From a virus (Duplodnaviria > Caudoviricetes): a DNA stretch of 64,000 nucleotides. Position numbers and translations under genes: made by a program. The DNA lies in the IMG/VR virus record IMGVR_UViG_3300029305_005443, positions 79,915 through 143,914 of that record. One strand, written 5' to 3'. Positions 15,449 to 24,673 of this stretch are shown here, one piece after another (position 1 is the first letter of the stretch; the number at the start of each line of letters is the position of its first letter). The notes beneath the pieces were generated by a model that was given only the letters and a program-made list of their open reading frames with translations, was not told the DNA's origin and did not search any database.

Positions 15449-16996
15449 ATGAGTTTTTTAGATAACTTAAAAAATGAAAATAACTTAACATTTACTGAGA
15501 ATGGTGCTGTTGCATTATCTTCTACAATGAATGCTTGTTTGGATGCTTTTGGCTCTCTTGGAGCTATGAAAAACTCCAATGAAAGTGTTATTCTTGATAC
15601 TTTCAAGAAAGCATTTGCAGAAGATAGAAAACTTGCCATGAAGATTCTTTTCTATATGAGGGATGCCCGTGGCGGTCAGGGTATGCGCAGGGTTTTTAGG
15701 ACTATTGTTACTTATCTTGCAAACAATCACCCTGAGTTTGTTGAGAACAATTTTAAGAATTTTGCAGAGTATGGAAGATGGGACGATTTTCTTTGTTTGT
15801 TGGATACTGATCTTAAAGAAAATGTTTTGTCCTATATTAAATCACAACTTCTTGAAGATGTTTGCAACTGGTACGATAATAAGCCAGTTTCTCTTCTTGC
15901 AAAGTGGCTTCCTTCTGAGAATGCATCTTCTCAGAAAACTATTGAAACAGCCAAAACCATTAGGAAATATTTGGGGTGGTCTCCGAGATCCTATCGTAAA
16001 ACCCTCTCTAAGCTTCGCAATTATTTGAATGTTGTTGAAGTTAAAATGTCTTCCAATGAATGGAACAAAATTGATTATGCATCTGTTCCTGGTAAAGCAT
16101 CACTTAATTATTCTGATGCCTTTACAAAACACGATGAAGAAAGATATATTAATTTCCTTATAAATACTTCTTCGCTCAATGCAAATGCACTTTTCCCGGT
16201 AGACATTATACATAAAGTTATTGAATTAAATAATAGAAGAAAATGCTCGAGCAAGGATAGGATCTTGCTTGATAAGATGTGGAAATCTCTTCCAAATTAT
16301 CTTGAAGGCAAAGAAGAAACAGGCATTTGCATGGTAGATACGTCGGGTTCTATGTATGGGACTCCGTATGAAGTGGCTCTTTCTCTTGGCATTTATTGCG
16401 CTGATAAGTGTAAAGGACCTTTTAAGAATCATTTCATCACCTTCAGTGAAAATCCTGAGCTTGTATCCTTGCAAGGGGCAGACCTTGTTGAGAAAGTTTC
16501 TAATATTAGATGCATCAATGCTGGAAACACTAACTTTGAAGCAGCTCTTGATTTAATTCTAGACACTGCTGTGAAGTATGGAACCCCTCAGGAAGATCTT
16601 CCTAGTAAGTTATATGTAATTTCTGATATGCAGTTTGATGTGGCAAGGTGCGAGCGGCATTACACTGGCTGGTCCTTCAAGTATACGCCTACTGAGCCAT
16701 TTATGGAAAAAATGCGTAGAAAATATGAGGCACACGGTTACAAGCTTCCGTCCATTGTATATTGGAATGTTCGCGCATCTGAATGCGGAATGTTTCAGCA
16801 AAAATTCGATGGTGAAGATTGCGCCATGGTTAGTGGGTATTCAGCTTCGTTATTCAAATCCATTATTGAGGGTACCACTTATGAGGAGGTGGTTTCTGAA
16901 GATGGTAAGTCAACTAAGAGAGAAAAAATTGACCCTCTCACTGTTATGTTGACAACCCTTAATAATCCCAGGTACGATAAAGTCTGGGTCGGATAA
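15449..16996 (+). CDS. DUF2828 family protein (TROVE/Ro60-like helical domain + vWA)
   Basis: TENGA, FYMRDARGGQGMRRVF, YGRWDD, AKWLPSE, MIDAS-like VDTSGSM, NTNF, VISDMQFD, IVYWNVR, VSGYS; GAGGT RBS; no TAG. Confidence 0.88.
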   Translation: MSFLDNLKNENNLTFTENGAVALSSTMNACLDAFGSLGAMKNSNESVILDTFKKAFAEDRKLAMKILFYMRDARGGQGMRRVFRTIVTYLANNHPEFVENNFKNFAEYGRWDDFLCLLDTDLKENVLSYIKSQLLEDVCNWYDNKPVSLLAKWLPSENASSQKTIETAKTIRKYLGWSPRSYRKTLSKLRNYLNVVEVKMSSNEWNKIDYASVPGKASLNYSDAFTKHDEERYINFLINTSSLNANALFPVDIIHKVIELNNRRKCSSKDRILLDKMWKSLPNYLEGKEETGICMVDTSGSMYGTPYEVALSLGIYCADKCKGPFKNHFITFSENPELVSLQGADLVEKVSNIRCINAGNTNFEAALDLILDTAVKYGTPQEDLPSKLYVISDMQFDVARCERHYTGWSFKYTPTEPFMEKMRRKYEAHGYKLPSIVYWNVRASECGMFQQKFDGEDCAMVSGYSASLFKSIIEGTTYEEVVSEDGKSTKREKIDPLTVMLTTLNNPRYDKVWVG

Positions 16997-17008
16997 CAAT
17001 AAAATATT

Positions 17009-17062
17009 AAGGCAGTCACAGCAAGTTTATAAAAATGCTTTGAATGTTTATAATACTGCCTT
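17009..17062 (+). ncRNA. CAGCAA stem-loop RNA E5 with Gln(TTG)-like anticodon loop
   Basis: AAGGCAG-TCA-CAGCAA..AAATG-CTTTGAA-TGTTT..CTGCCTT. Confidence 0.7.
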
Positions 17063-17074
17063 GAACATAAACAA

Positions 17075-17208
17075 TAAACCCTAACAGCAATTCTATTTGA
17101 GGTTATAGTTAACTTTTCTTGTCATTGGTTCGAGTCCAATCTCATATTGCGAGCACGCTCACATTATGAGTAGCACAGTTGGTAGTGCAAAAAGGGAAAA
17201 TGGGTTTA
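17075..17208 (+). ncRNA. Y-RNA (YrlA)-like RNA E6: CAGCAA stem enclosing a circularly permuted tRNA domain
   Basis: TAAACCC-TAA-CAGCAA..CTTTT, T arm ATTGG-TTCGAGT-CCAAT, loop-closed acceptor CTCATA/TATGAG, D arm GCAC-AGTTGGTA-GTGC, AAAAG..GGGTTTA. Confidence 0.85.
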
Positions 17209-17218
17209 GTAAAAACAA

Positions 17219-17273
17219 AAGACGGATACAGCAATCATTTATAATCAAAGCTACTGGATTTAAATTCCGTCTT
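17219..17273 (+). ncRNA. CAGCAA stem-loop RNA E7
   Basis: AAGACGG-ATA-CAGCAA..inner AU hairpin..CCGTCTT. Confidence 0.7.
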
Positions 17274-17279
17274 GATTTT

Positions 17280-17353
17280 AGGGGTTTCGGCAAGTGGTTC
17301 AAGCCAACGGACTTTGACTCCGTGACTCAGTAGTTCGAATCTACTAACCCCTG
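17280..17353 (+). tRNA. tRNA-Gln(TTG)
   Basis: AGGGGTT/AACCCCT-G; ACGGA-CTTTGAC-TCCGT. Confidence 0.92.
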
Positions 17354-17394
17354 CTGCACTGTTCGTTCATTGTGCAACCTCCTTTCTTTTTTCT

Positions 17395-17429
17395 GGCAAG
17401 CATCTGAAATATGGTGCTTGCCTATTTTT
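17395..17429 (+). terminator. Intrinsic terminator ending the RNA island
   Basis: GGCAAGCATC-loop-GGTGCTTGCC followed by TATTTTT. Confidence 0.8.
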
Positions 17430-17434
17430 GATTG

Positions 17435-17463
17435 TTGACAAGTTTAATAAAGTGATTTATAAT
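17435..17463 (+). promoter_or_regulatory. Consensus sigmaA promoter
   Basis: TTGACA-17nt-TATAAT. Confidence 0.8.
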
Positions 17464-17491
17464 AATATTATCAAATGAGGGAGGTTTCAAA

Positions 17492-17749
17492 ATGTCATAT
17501 TACATTTCTATTGATGAAGAAAATAACATTTACAATCATCTTTGTGAAAATGGAATTTATGTCAGTGTTTATTCAAAAGAAGATTGTGTTGCAATTGACA
17601 TTAGTTGGGGTGATTGGAAACACGAACATTTAGCTTGTTCTTGGGTGATGGAAGAACTGGGGTACTATCAGTTTAATCAAACTGTAACAGAAGAAGATGG
17701 GTCGGATTGTTATTCTGCAATTCATTATTATAAAAAGGAGGCAGCGTAA
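17492..17749 (+). CDS. Conserved phage hypothetical protein (WGDWKHEH..DGSDCYSAIH)
   Basis: GGAGGT RBS. Confidence 0.8.
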   Translation: MSYYISIDEENNIYNHLCENGIYVSVYSKEDCVAIDISWGDWKHEHLACSWVMEELGYYQFNQTVTEEDGSDCYSAIHYYKKEAA

Positions 17750-18192
17750 TGACTAATGAGGAAAAAAGAAGACTGAAGCATCCAGAAACTTCTTATTATC
17801 ATTATAAAAATGTAAATCCTAAAAATAAAATTACTTCGGACTGTGTTTTCAGAGCCATTTCAAATGCAACTGGAATTGACTATGGAGAAGTTGTAGTAGA
17901 TATGGCTTATCTTCAAGCTGAAACTGGGTATGACAGTGGAGAAAATAGATTGATTGATATGTATCTTTCTAAGCGTGGTTGGGTAAAAATGAAGCAACCT
18001 AGAAAGTTTGATAACACAAAATTTACCGGGAAAGAATTTATAGATAATTTCTGTCATAATGAAAGACATAAAAGAGTAATTATTTCCATCGGATCTGGCC
18101 ATTTAAGTAGTATTGTAAATGGCAAATTTGAAGATATTTGGAATTGCAGTTCTGGAAAAGTTGGTGTGTACTGGATAAGGAGTTGTGTATGA
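17749..18192 (+). CDS. Conserved phage protein with possible Cys-His-Asp triad (NPK..DCVFRAIS..GH..D.WN)
   Basis: AAGGAGG RBS; motif; peptidase-like activity is an inference. Confidence 0.75.
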   Translation: MTNEEKRRLKHPETSYYHYKNVNPKNKITSDCVFRAISNATGIDYGEVVVDMAYLQAETGYDSGENRLIDMYLSKRGWVKMKQPRKFDNTKFTGKEFIDNFCHNERHKRVIISIGSGHLSSIVNGKFEDIWNCSSGKVGVYWIRSCV

Positions 18193-18422
18193 TTGTAATA
18201 CCTAACATGGATATGACAATTACCTGCGTAGGGTGTCCTCTCTTTCATCCAATAAATAATAACGATAACTAGAAAAACCAAAATGGTGTCCATTAGAAGA
18301 AGTATATCTATAAAAATAACAATTTGTAAAATAAAATAAATTGTTTTTTAATATATTAATTAATAACAAAATTTAGTGTAAGGATATAAAATATCAATAC
18401 AAAAACCTTTAAGAGGTAAATA

Positions 18423-18818
18423 ATGAAAAATAAAAAATTAAGTATATATGGAAATCCAGAAAAGAATATGTAGTTGTTTAATGCTTCTTTAGGAAACTGT
18501 ATAACTGCTTTAGAAGGAATACAAGAAAATATGTACGATGAAGATATTTATCTTGGTTATCGTTATGACGAATTTATAGAAGCTTGTGAAGCTTTAAGAA
18601 AAGATTATATTTCAGACATGGATTTTTATAATGATTTTCTTTTTTATAACACAGACCAATTCCTTTTGAATACTATTAATAAAGATTATCCAGAAATTGA
18701 TGAGGAAAATGTTTCGGATGTTGTGGAAGATTATCTGATAGATATTTGTAAAACAGTTGATAAAGAATTTTTGTATGATTATTTAGAAGAACATTTTGGT
18801 GAATAGAATGAAGCTTAA
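18423..18818 (+). CDS. Acidic hypothetical protein (TAG 18471 read through; end 18806 or 18818)
   Basis: GAGGT RBS before ATG 18423, in frame with the track ORF 18474. Confidence 0.7.
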
Positions 18819-19311
18819 AAAACTATTTGAAGCTGAAGGTGAAGACTTTAGTGAAGAAGATATTTTTGTTGATGAAGAAGAACCAGTTGAAGAAGTAGAA
18901 GAAACTGATTTGGATACTGACACAGAAATAAATAAGTTAATAAAAAAGAAAATTTCTTTTCCTATTCTTATTGAAGGCTATGACGAGGAAGATAACGCTG
19001 TTGGAATGCCATACGATGAAGAAAAAGAATTTGCTTCTGAATATGGCGAAGCAGTTATAAAAAATATAGAAAACAATAAGAAATTTATTTTATCTGCTTT
19101 AGACATTTATGATTTTGAAATGTACTATGATGATTATGATAGTAATTCCAATGTGAAGTTTATTGCAGAAATTGGAAAACAAGTTTCAAATGATCTTTTT
19201 ATGAATGTACTTAAAAGATATTTTAAGGTTGAGATGGAAAGTAAAATTACTGATGATGGTGAATTTACTCTTAATCCTGTTCTCGATAATAAATTTATTA
19301 GAATTAGTTGA
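18808..19311 (+). CDS. Acidic protein, putative internal head protein (MKLKKLFEA)
   Basis: ORF track; N-terminal K-x-L-x-E motif. Confidence 0.75.
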   Translation: MKLKKLFEAEGEDFSEEDIFVDEEEPVEEVEETDLDTDTEINKLIKKKISFPILIEGYDEEDNAVGMPYDEEKEFASEYGEAVIKNIENNKKFILSALDIYDFEMYYDDYDSNSNVKFIAEIGKQVSNDLFMNVLKRYFKVEMESKITDDGEFTLNPVLDNKFIRIS

Positions 19312-19321
19312 GGTATAAATA

Positions 19322-19522
19322 ATGGCGGGTGTTCGTGAATATTCAGATATGCTTTTTGATATGATTGAAGATGGCGCGGTAGATGCAGAAGAGATTGCTA
19401 AAGATCTTATCTATTGGTGCTCTGAAGATGATATTAAGAGATTTATGGAAGTCAGAGACTTACTTCCTGACGAAGAAGAAGATGAGTACGATGACGATGT
19501 TGAAGATCTTATAAAACTGTAA
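19322..19522 (+). CDS. Small acidic protein
   Basis: GAGGT RBS. Confidence 0.75.
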   Translation: MAGVREYSDMLFDMIEDGAVDAEEIAKDLIYWCSEDDIKRFMEVRDLLPDEEEDEYDDDVEDLIKL

Positions 19523-19603
19523 TTGTATATAAAATAAACTAAGGTTAAAGAAGTTGGTGAAATATCCGACTTCTTTGTTGTTTAATATCACAAGGATTTT
19601 TTA

Positions 19604-20668
19604 ATGGAAAATTTTGAAAACAAAACTCAATTGTATGAGTATTATGTTGCTGGTGGCAGAGTTGCCACTCAGGATTATGTGGATACGGCAAGACAGCAAC
19701 TTAAAGATCAGTATAATATAGAAGAAAAAGATTTAATCCCTGATGAAAAACAAGCATACCATGTTTATCAAGCTATGAAGAAGAATCGTTGGAAAGCTGG
19801 TATAAATGTCAATTCTATTCAGGATGCAGATAAATATATTAAATATTTGTATGCTGCAGCGGCATTGGGGCATAATGCTTACGTAGGAAAAGCCTGGTAT
19901 CAGAGCCCTTATGATCGTCCAAAGATAAATGATAATCATATATCTGATAGGGCAGTTGATTGGATTTCTGCATTGGGTTCTGTTGCTAATATTCAATCTC
20001 TTATTGCTTCTGCTGAAGAAAAACAGAAAGCAAAAGATTAGAAGAAAGCAGAGAGAGCACAAAGAGCTGAAACTCAAAAACAACAGGATATTGCTAGTGG
20101 AAAGATAAAGACACCTGGTAATTTCAGCATTACTTCTGACGGTTATTTTGGAGATCGTTCTGTTTTTGATAAAACTATTGCAGATGGTAATGATGTTAAA
20201 ATTGTTTCTACAGAAACTTATTCTCATTTACCAACAGGCAGGAATGTTCGTAAAGTAGAAATTACCTATAATGAGGGCAAACCAGATGAATTTAAGCAAG
20301 TAGCTTTATTCAAACCTGATACTAATTCTCCTGAATTTGTAAAGCCAGAAGGTATTAACGGTTGGATTCCAATTGATAATTTTAAGAGATGGATTCCAAA
20401 GAAGCTTGAACAACTTAGAGCTGCAGCTGCATCCGCTGCAGAAGATGAAGAATCTGAAGTTGAAGAAGAATCCCTTAAAGAAGAAAAGATTATTAATACT
20501 AAAATCAATATTAGAGAATCTTTAAATAAAATTGATTTAAGAACAGATAATAGATATGATTTAAGGAATCTCTATGATGCCTGTGTTTGGACAATACAGA
20601 AAAAAGAGCTCTTGCTGAGATGCTTAGTAAAAATACTAGTGCTTCTTCTCTTTATGAAACACTTATGA
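19604..20668 (+). CDS. Hypothetical protein, TAG 20039 read as Gln; possible frameshift near 20586
   Basis: Frame stays open about 630 nt past the TAG; ESLKEE/ESLN motifs. Confidence 0.75.
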
Positions 20669-20723
20669 ATAAGTTTTATGGTAAGAAGTTGCTTTAATTT
20701 AACGATATAAATAAGGAATTAAA

Positions 20724-22031
20724 ATGAAAATCCTTAAAGAATATAACTATAAAGGTTATGGAATAGAATATCCAAAGCATTTTGGTGCTTATGGTGTAAC
20801 TGTTGCTAAAGATGGCAAAGTAGTCATGGAATTTGATAATGAGCACGATGCAGAAGAATGGATTGACGAACAGGAAGCAGAATCGTTAAATGAAGAACTT
20901 AATCCAGAAGATGTTGGTGCTTCATCTTTATTTATGGATCTTATAAATAAAGAATATGAACTTCTTCAGATGTACGATTCTGCTCAAGTTACTCTCGATG
21001 CCAATGGTGATAATAGATTTGAAGAAATTTTTAACTATATTGCTGATGATATAAATATCCATGTTGGAATGCTTCAGTCTTGCTTAGAAGATCTCAATGA
21101 TTCTGGTGCTCAAACAGAAGAAGGTGAGCAAAAAGCTGATGAGCTTATTGGTGAGTCTTTAACTGAAGGTTACGAAGATATTCCACTTATTGATAGAATT
21201 GATTTTGAAAATAAATCAAAGTGGTACCCAAGTATTATTCCATTCAACGATTTTATAGATGCATTAAACAAAGTCGGCAAAGATGTCTTCAAAGTTAGAA
21301 CAACAAAATTTGGTAAAAATTTGAGCAATGCCGACTTAACCGATGAATGGATGAATATTAAGAAGAATGGTTGGTCAATTCAACTTGCAAACGATTCTTC
21401 ACTTCCGGGATTTAAAGAAGTTTATATTTGCAGAAAAATTCAACCTAAAGAAGAAAGCTTGACTGAAGCTACCAAATTAGATATTATCAAAAAGCACAGA
21501 GAAATTTATAATAAAATTCTTGAAGATATTAAGAATATGTCTGGGTTAGAAAAAGATGTTGCTGAAAACATTACATTAACTTGGATTAAAGGAATAAATG
21601 GTGATTGGCTTGGTGGACTTGGATCTGGTTCTTCTGCTGACAAACTTTTTGAAAAAGTTGTAAAATTAGGTTATTCACCAGATGAGATTAGTTCTGAATT
21701 TGAAAGACAAATGAAGATTTATTCTTCTTTGGATGAAGCTTTAACAGAGTCACAAATTGGTTATTCAGATGAATTTGTTTAGAAATTATACGATTTTGCA
21801 AAAGAATCTGACCCATATGATTTTGATGATGAATTTGAAGAGTTCAAAGAAAGAATATGGCAAATAGATCCTATTGACATAATGGAACAAACAGAAGATG
21901 TTCTTATTTCTTCTGCCCCAGATGAGGGTAGTAAATTATACAAACTCGGCAAAGAAATAATGGAAGATGCTAAGAAATATTCTGTGTTTTCTGAGTCTTT
22001 AACATTAGACGAAAGTTTGTTTGAGGAATAA
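20724..22031 (+). CDS. Acidic multi-domain protein with repeated ESL(T/N)E motifs, putative internal head protein
   Basis: TAG 21780 read through to TAA 22029; ends LTLDESLFEE. Confidence 0.8.
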
Positions 22032-22033
22032 TA

Positions 22034-22849
22034 ATGGATATTTGTGAAGCTATTGATATATTAAATAATAATGTTAAAGTAAACTTTAATGAAGATCTTA
22101 ATGACAGTGGTAAAAGACTTGTTAAGGATCTTTATAAGGATGCAACAGGTTATAGAAAAACTCCTAAAGTTGAATTATCTTCTAAAGACAGATTATTCCT
22201 TAAGCGCTTTGGCAGAGAAATGATTGATGAGTATATTCCTCAATACCAAAATGATGAAATTGATTTCAAAGTTATGGTTAATGGGCTTGTTTCTCAAGCT
22301 ATGGCTGCAGATATTAATTTAGATGTTGTCATGCCAGCATATGAATATATTAAAGATCTTGCTAAAGAAGATAATCTTTCTAATTTCTCAATTGATGATT
22401 TTATAAACGCTGCTTCTGGTGCAGTTAACAAAGTTTCTGATGCTACTAAAGCAAGCAAAAACTATAGACTTAACCAATTCAAGAAAGGTGAAGTTGGAGA
22501 TAGATATAAAGAATTTCCATATTATGTTTCCATTTATGAGCATGGTGCAGTTTATGAACCAGCTGAAGGTGGTTACTATGTTGATGTAGCGGACCTTTCT
22601 TCTGCAAAAGGTTTTCAAACCATTGAAGAAGCTCAAAAATATGCAGAAGAAGTAGCTCAGGAATATATTGGAAGCACAGGAGATGCTTGGGGCTCTGATT
22701 TAGGTGATATAAGAGAAGGTGGTTCAAGTGTTAAAGGAGCTACTGATTATCACCTTGAAGGTAAATATATTGGTGATGGTGTTGATATTTGTGTTGAAGA
22801 CCCAAAGAGTCTTGGCAAAAAAGAATATCATTATCATGGGTATGAATAA
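22034..22849 (+). CDS. Hypothetical protein
   Basis: GAGGA RBS; ORF track. Confidence 0.8.
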   Translation: MDICEAIDILNNNVKVNFNEDLNDSGKRLVKDLYKDATGYRKTPKVELSSKDRLFLKRFGREMIDEYIPQYQNDEIDFKVMVNGLVSQAMAADINLDVVMPAYEYIKDLAKEDNLSNFSIDDFINAASGAVNKVSDATKASKNYRLNQFKKGEVGDRYKEFPYYVSIYEHGAVYEPAEGGYYVDVADLSSAKGFQTIEEAQKYAEEVAQEYIGSTGDAWGSDLGDIREGGSSVKGATDYHLEGKYIGDGVDICVEDPKSLGKKEYHYHGYE

Positions 22850-22872
22850 TAATTTATTTTAAGGAAAATAAA

Positions 22873-23310
22873 ATGAATTTAGAACAATTTAGAGAAGAAA
22901 GAAAAGCAAGGTTGGCAAATCTTAAAGAGGCCCTTTCAAATTTGCCAGAACTTTCTGATGATAAGGCGCACATTGAAGTTGATGTCACAACCGGTGATGC
23001 CATAAATTCTTCTGAAGAAAGAGAAGAAAAGGTTAAAGAAGCTTTCAAAGAAAAGAACAAAGAAACAAAAGAATTTGTCAAAAAGCAAGACGAAGAAAGA
23101 GAAGTCGATAAAGAAGAAAAGTCAGAAAACAGACTTATGCTCGATGAGTCCCTGTTTAAAGAAGATTATTCTGATGGTAATAAATTCTTTGCAGTTGTTA
23201 AAGAAGATGGTTCTTTTGCTGGTGTTCCTTGTTATTCTTTTGAAGAAGCTGTAGATCTTTCCAATCAGCATGAAGGAAGCCATATCTTTGAGATGAAACT
23301 TGCAGATTAA
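22873..23310 (+). CDS. Charged protein with LMLDESLF motif
   Basis: AAGGA RBS; ORF track. Confidence 0.8.
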   Translation: MNLEQFREERKARLANLKEALSNLPELSDDKAHIEVDVTTGDAINSSEEREEKVKEAFKEKNKETKEFVKKQDEEREVDKEEKSENRLMLDESLFKEDYSDGNKFFAVVKEDGSFAGVPCYSFEEAVDLSNQHEGSHIFEMKLAD

Positions 23311-23330
23311 TTAACATTAGGAGTTAATTG

Positions 23331-23996
23331 ATGCAATTATTCGATAATTTTGACAATATACCAAGTAACTACATTCCTAATAATATGTTTCCACCTATTC
23401 CTCAAATAATGGTGGAAGTGGATGACGACACAGTTCATCCAATATTCAGGGATGGTAAGTTAAAAGGATATTGGTGGCATTGGGGAGATAGTATTTCTCT
23501 TCCAATTAAAAATCAATTACATATAAATATACCTGCTCAAGCTATTGTTGTATATAATTCTGGAGAAACCCCCACTTACGAAACAGTTGGTACTTTTGTT
23601 GGGTAGAAGTATTATAATTTAGCGGATCTTCAATCTTGGACTTTAACAGCTATAGTTCCAGATATGATTGAAGAAAATATTCCTGCTTATTCTTGGACAA
23701 AAGATGATAAGCTTACTTATCCTAAATGTGGGGCTAATACTACTCCTGTTGACATTTTAATTCCTCTTAAAGAACATGAGCAAATTGTTGTTCAAATGTT
23801 CAATTTTAGGAAAGAGAGGATGTTTACAGAAATATATACTGAACCAGAATTCACTTGGACTTTGAGTGCAGATGATTCTCTGAAGTTACAGCCAGGTATA
23901 TATTTCTTTAATGTTCATCTTGAATCCCGTTATGAGCAAATAACTTCTGATTTGAGATTGACAAATGCTTATGAGATTGTGGTAAAAGGTTTCTGA
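23331..23996 (+). CDS. Putative structural protein (BppU-like C-terminal beta domain), 1 TAG
   Basis: Track ORFs 23328 and 23664 are in frame across TAG 23604. Confidence 0.75.
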
Positions 23997-24004
23997 GGTA
24001 AATA

Positions 24005-24661
24005 ATGGATATTGGAAACAACATTTATCCAGCTGGCATAAAACCACCAGAAATAAATGTGGGATATAATGAAATTCCACTTCCTGGTATTAAGCCAATA
24101 CAGATAGATGTAGGATATAATGAAAAACCTGATAAATTAAAACCCCCAGAAGTTGATGTGGGCCACAATGAGACCATTGAGAAAAAGAAACCTAAATGTT
24201 GTCCCAATGTTCCAAAAGACATAACACCACCAGGTGGAGATCCGCATCAAATAGTTCCACCACATTTAATTCAGATAGATGAGACGTTGACAAAGCCAGG
24301 ATGGGCAGCGGATGCTGCTGTTACTGGCTATTTGATTAGGCATTTAGGTGCTCCTGTATTTTTTGTAGAATATGGTCAAACTACACTTCAAGAAATATTG
24401 GATGCAGATGCAGAAGAAAAAGTCATTACTTGTCTTATTGATGATAAGACTTATTTCTTATCTTCTTTGGATTAGAATGGTGCTACATTAACTGCTACTT
24501 ATGAAATCGCTGGACATTCATATACACAAACAATAAATATAAATTCTTCTGGTGTTTGGTCTTCAACACAACCCGTAGAACTTGCTTCTGTTACTTATGT
24601 TAACGCCATTATAGATGCTAAGTTGCAAGATATAGATATTGTAGATGGTAATGTTTGGTAA
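24005..24661 (+). CDS. Putative fibre-associated protein with Pro-rich N-terminal repeats and DxTLTxxGxAADA motif, 1 TAG
   Basis: Three P-x-E/Q-I/V-D/N-VGY/HNE repeats; readthrough to TAA 24659. Confidence 0.75.
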
Positions 24662-24673
24662 TAGGAGGTATGA

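Noticed and set aside
13594-17273. CAGCAA elements as a CRISPR array or simple terminators
   Set aside because: Not identical, not regularly spaced, stems covary, no U tails, no cas genes
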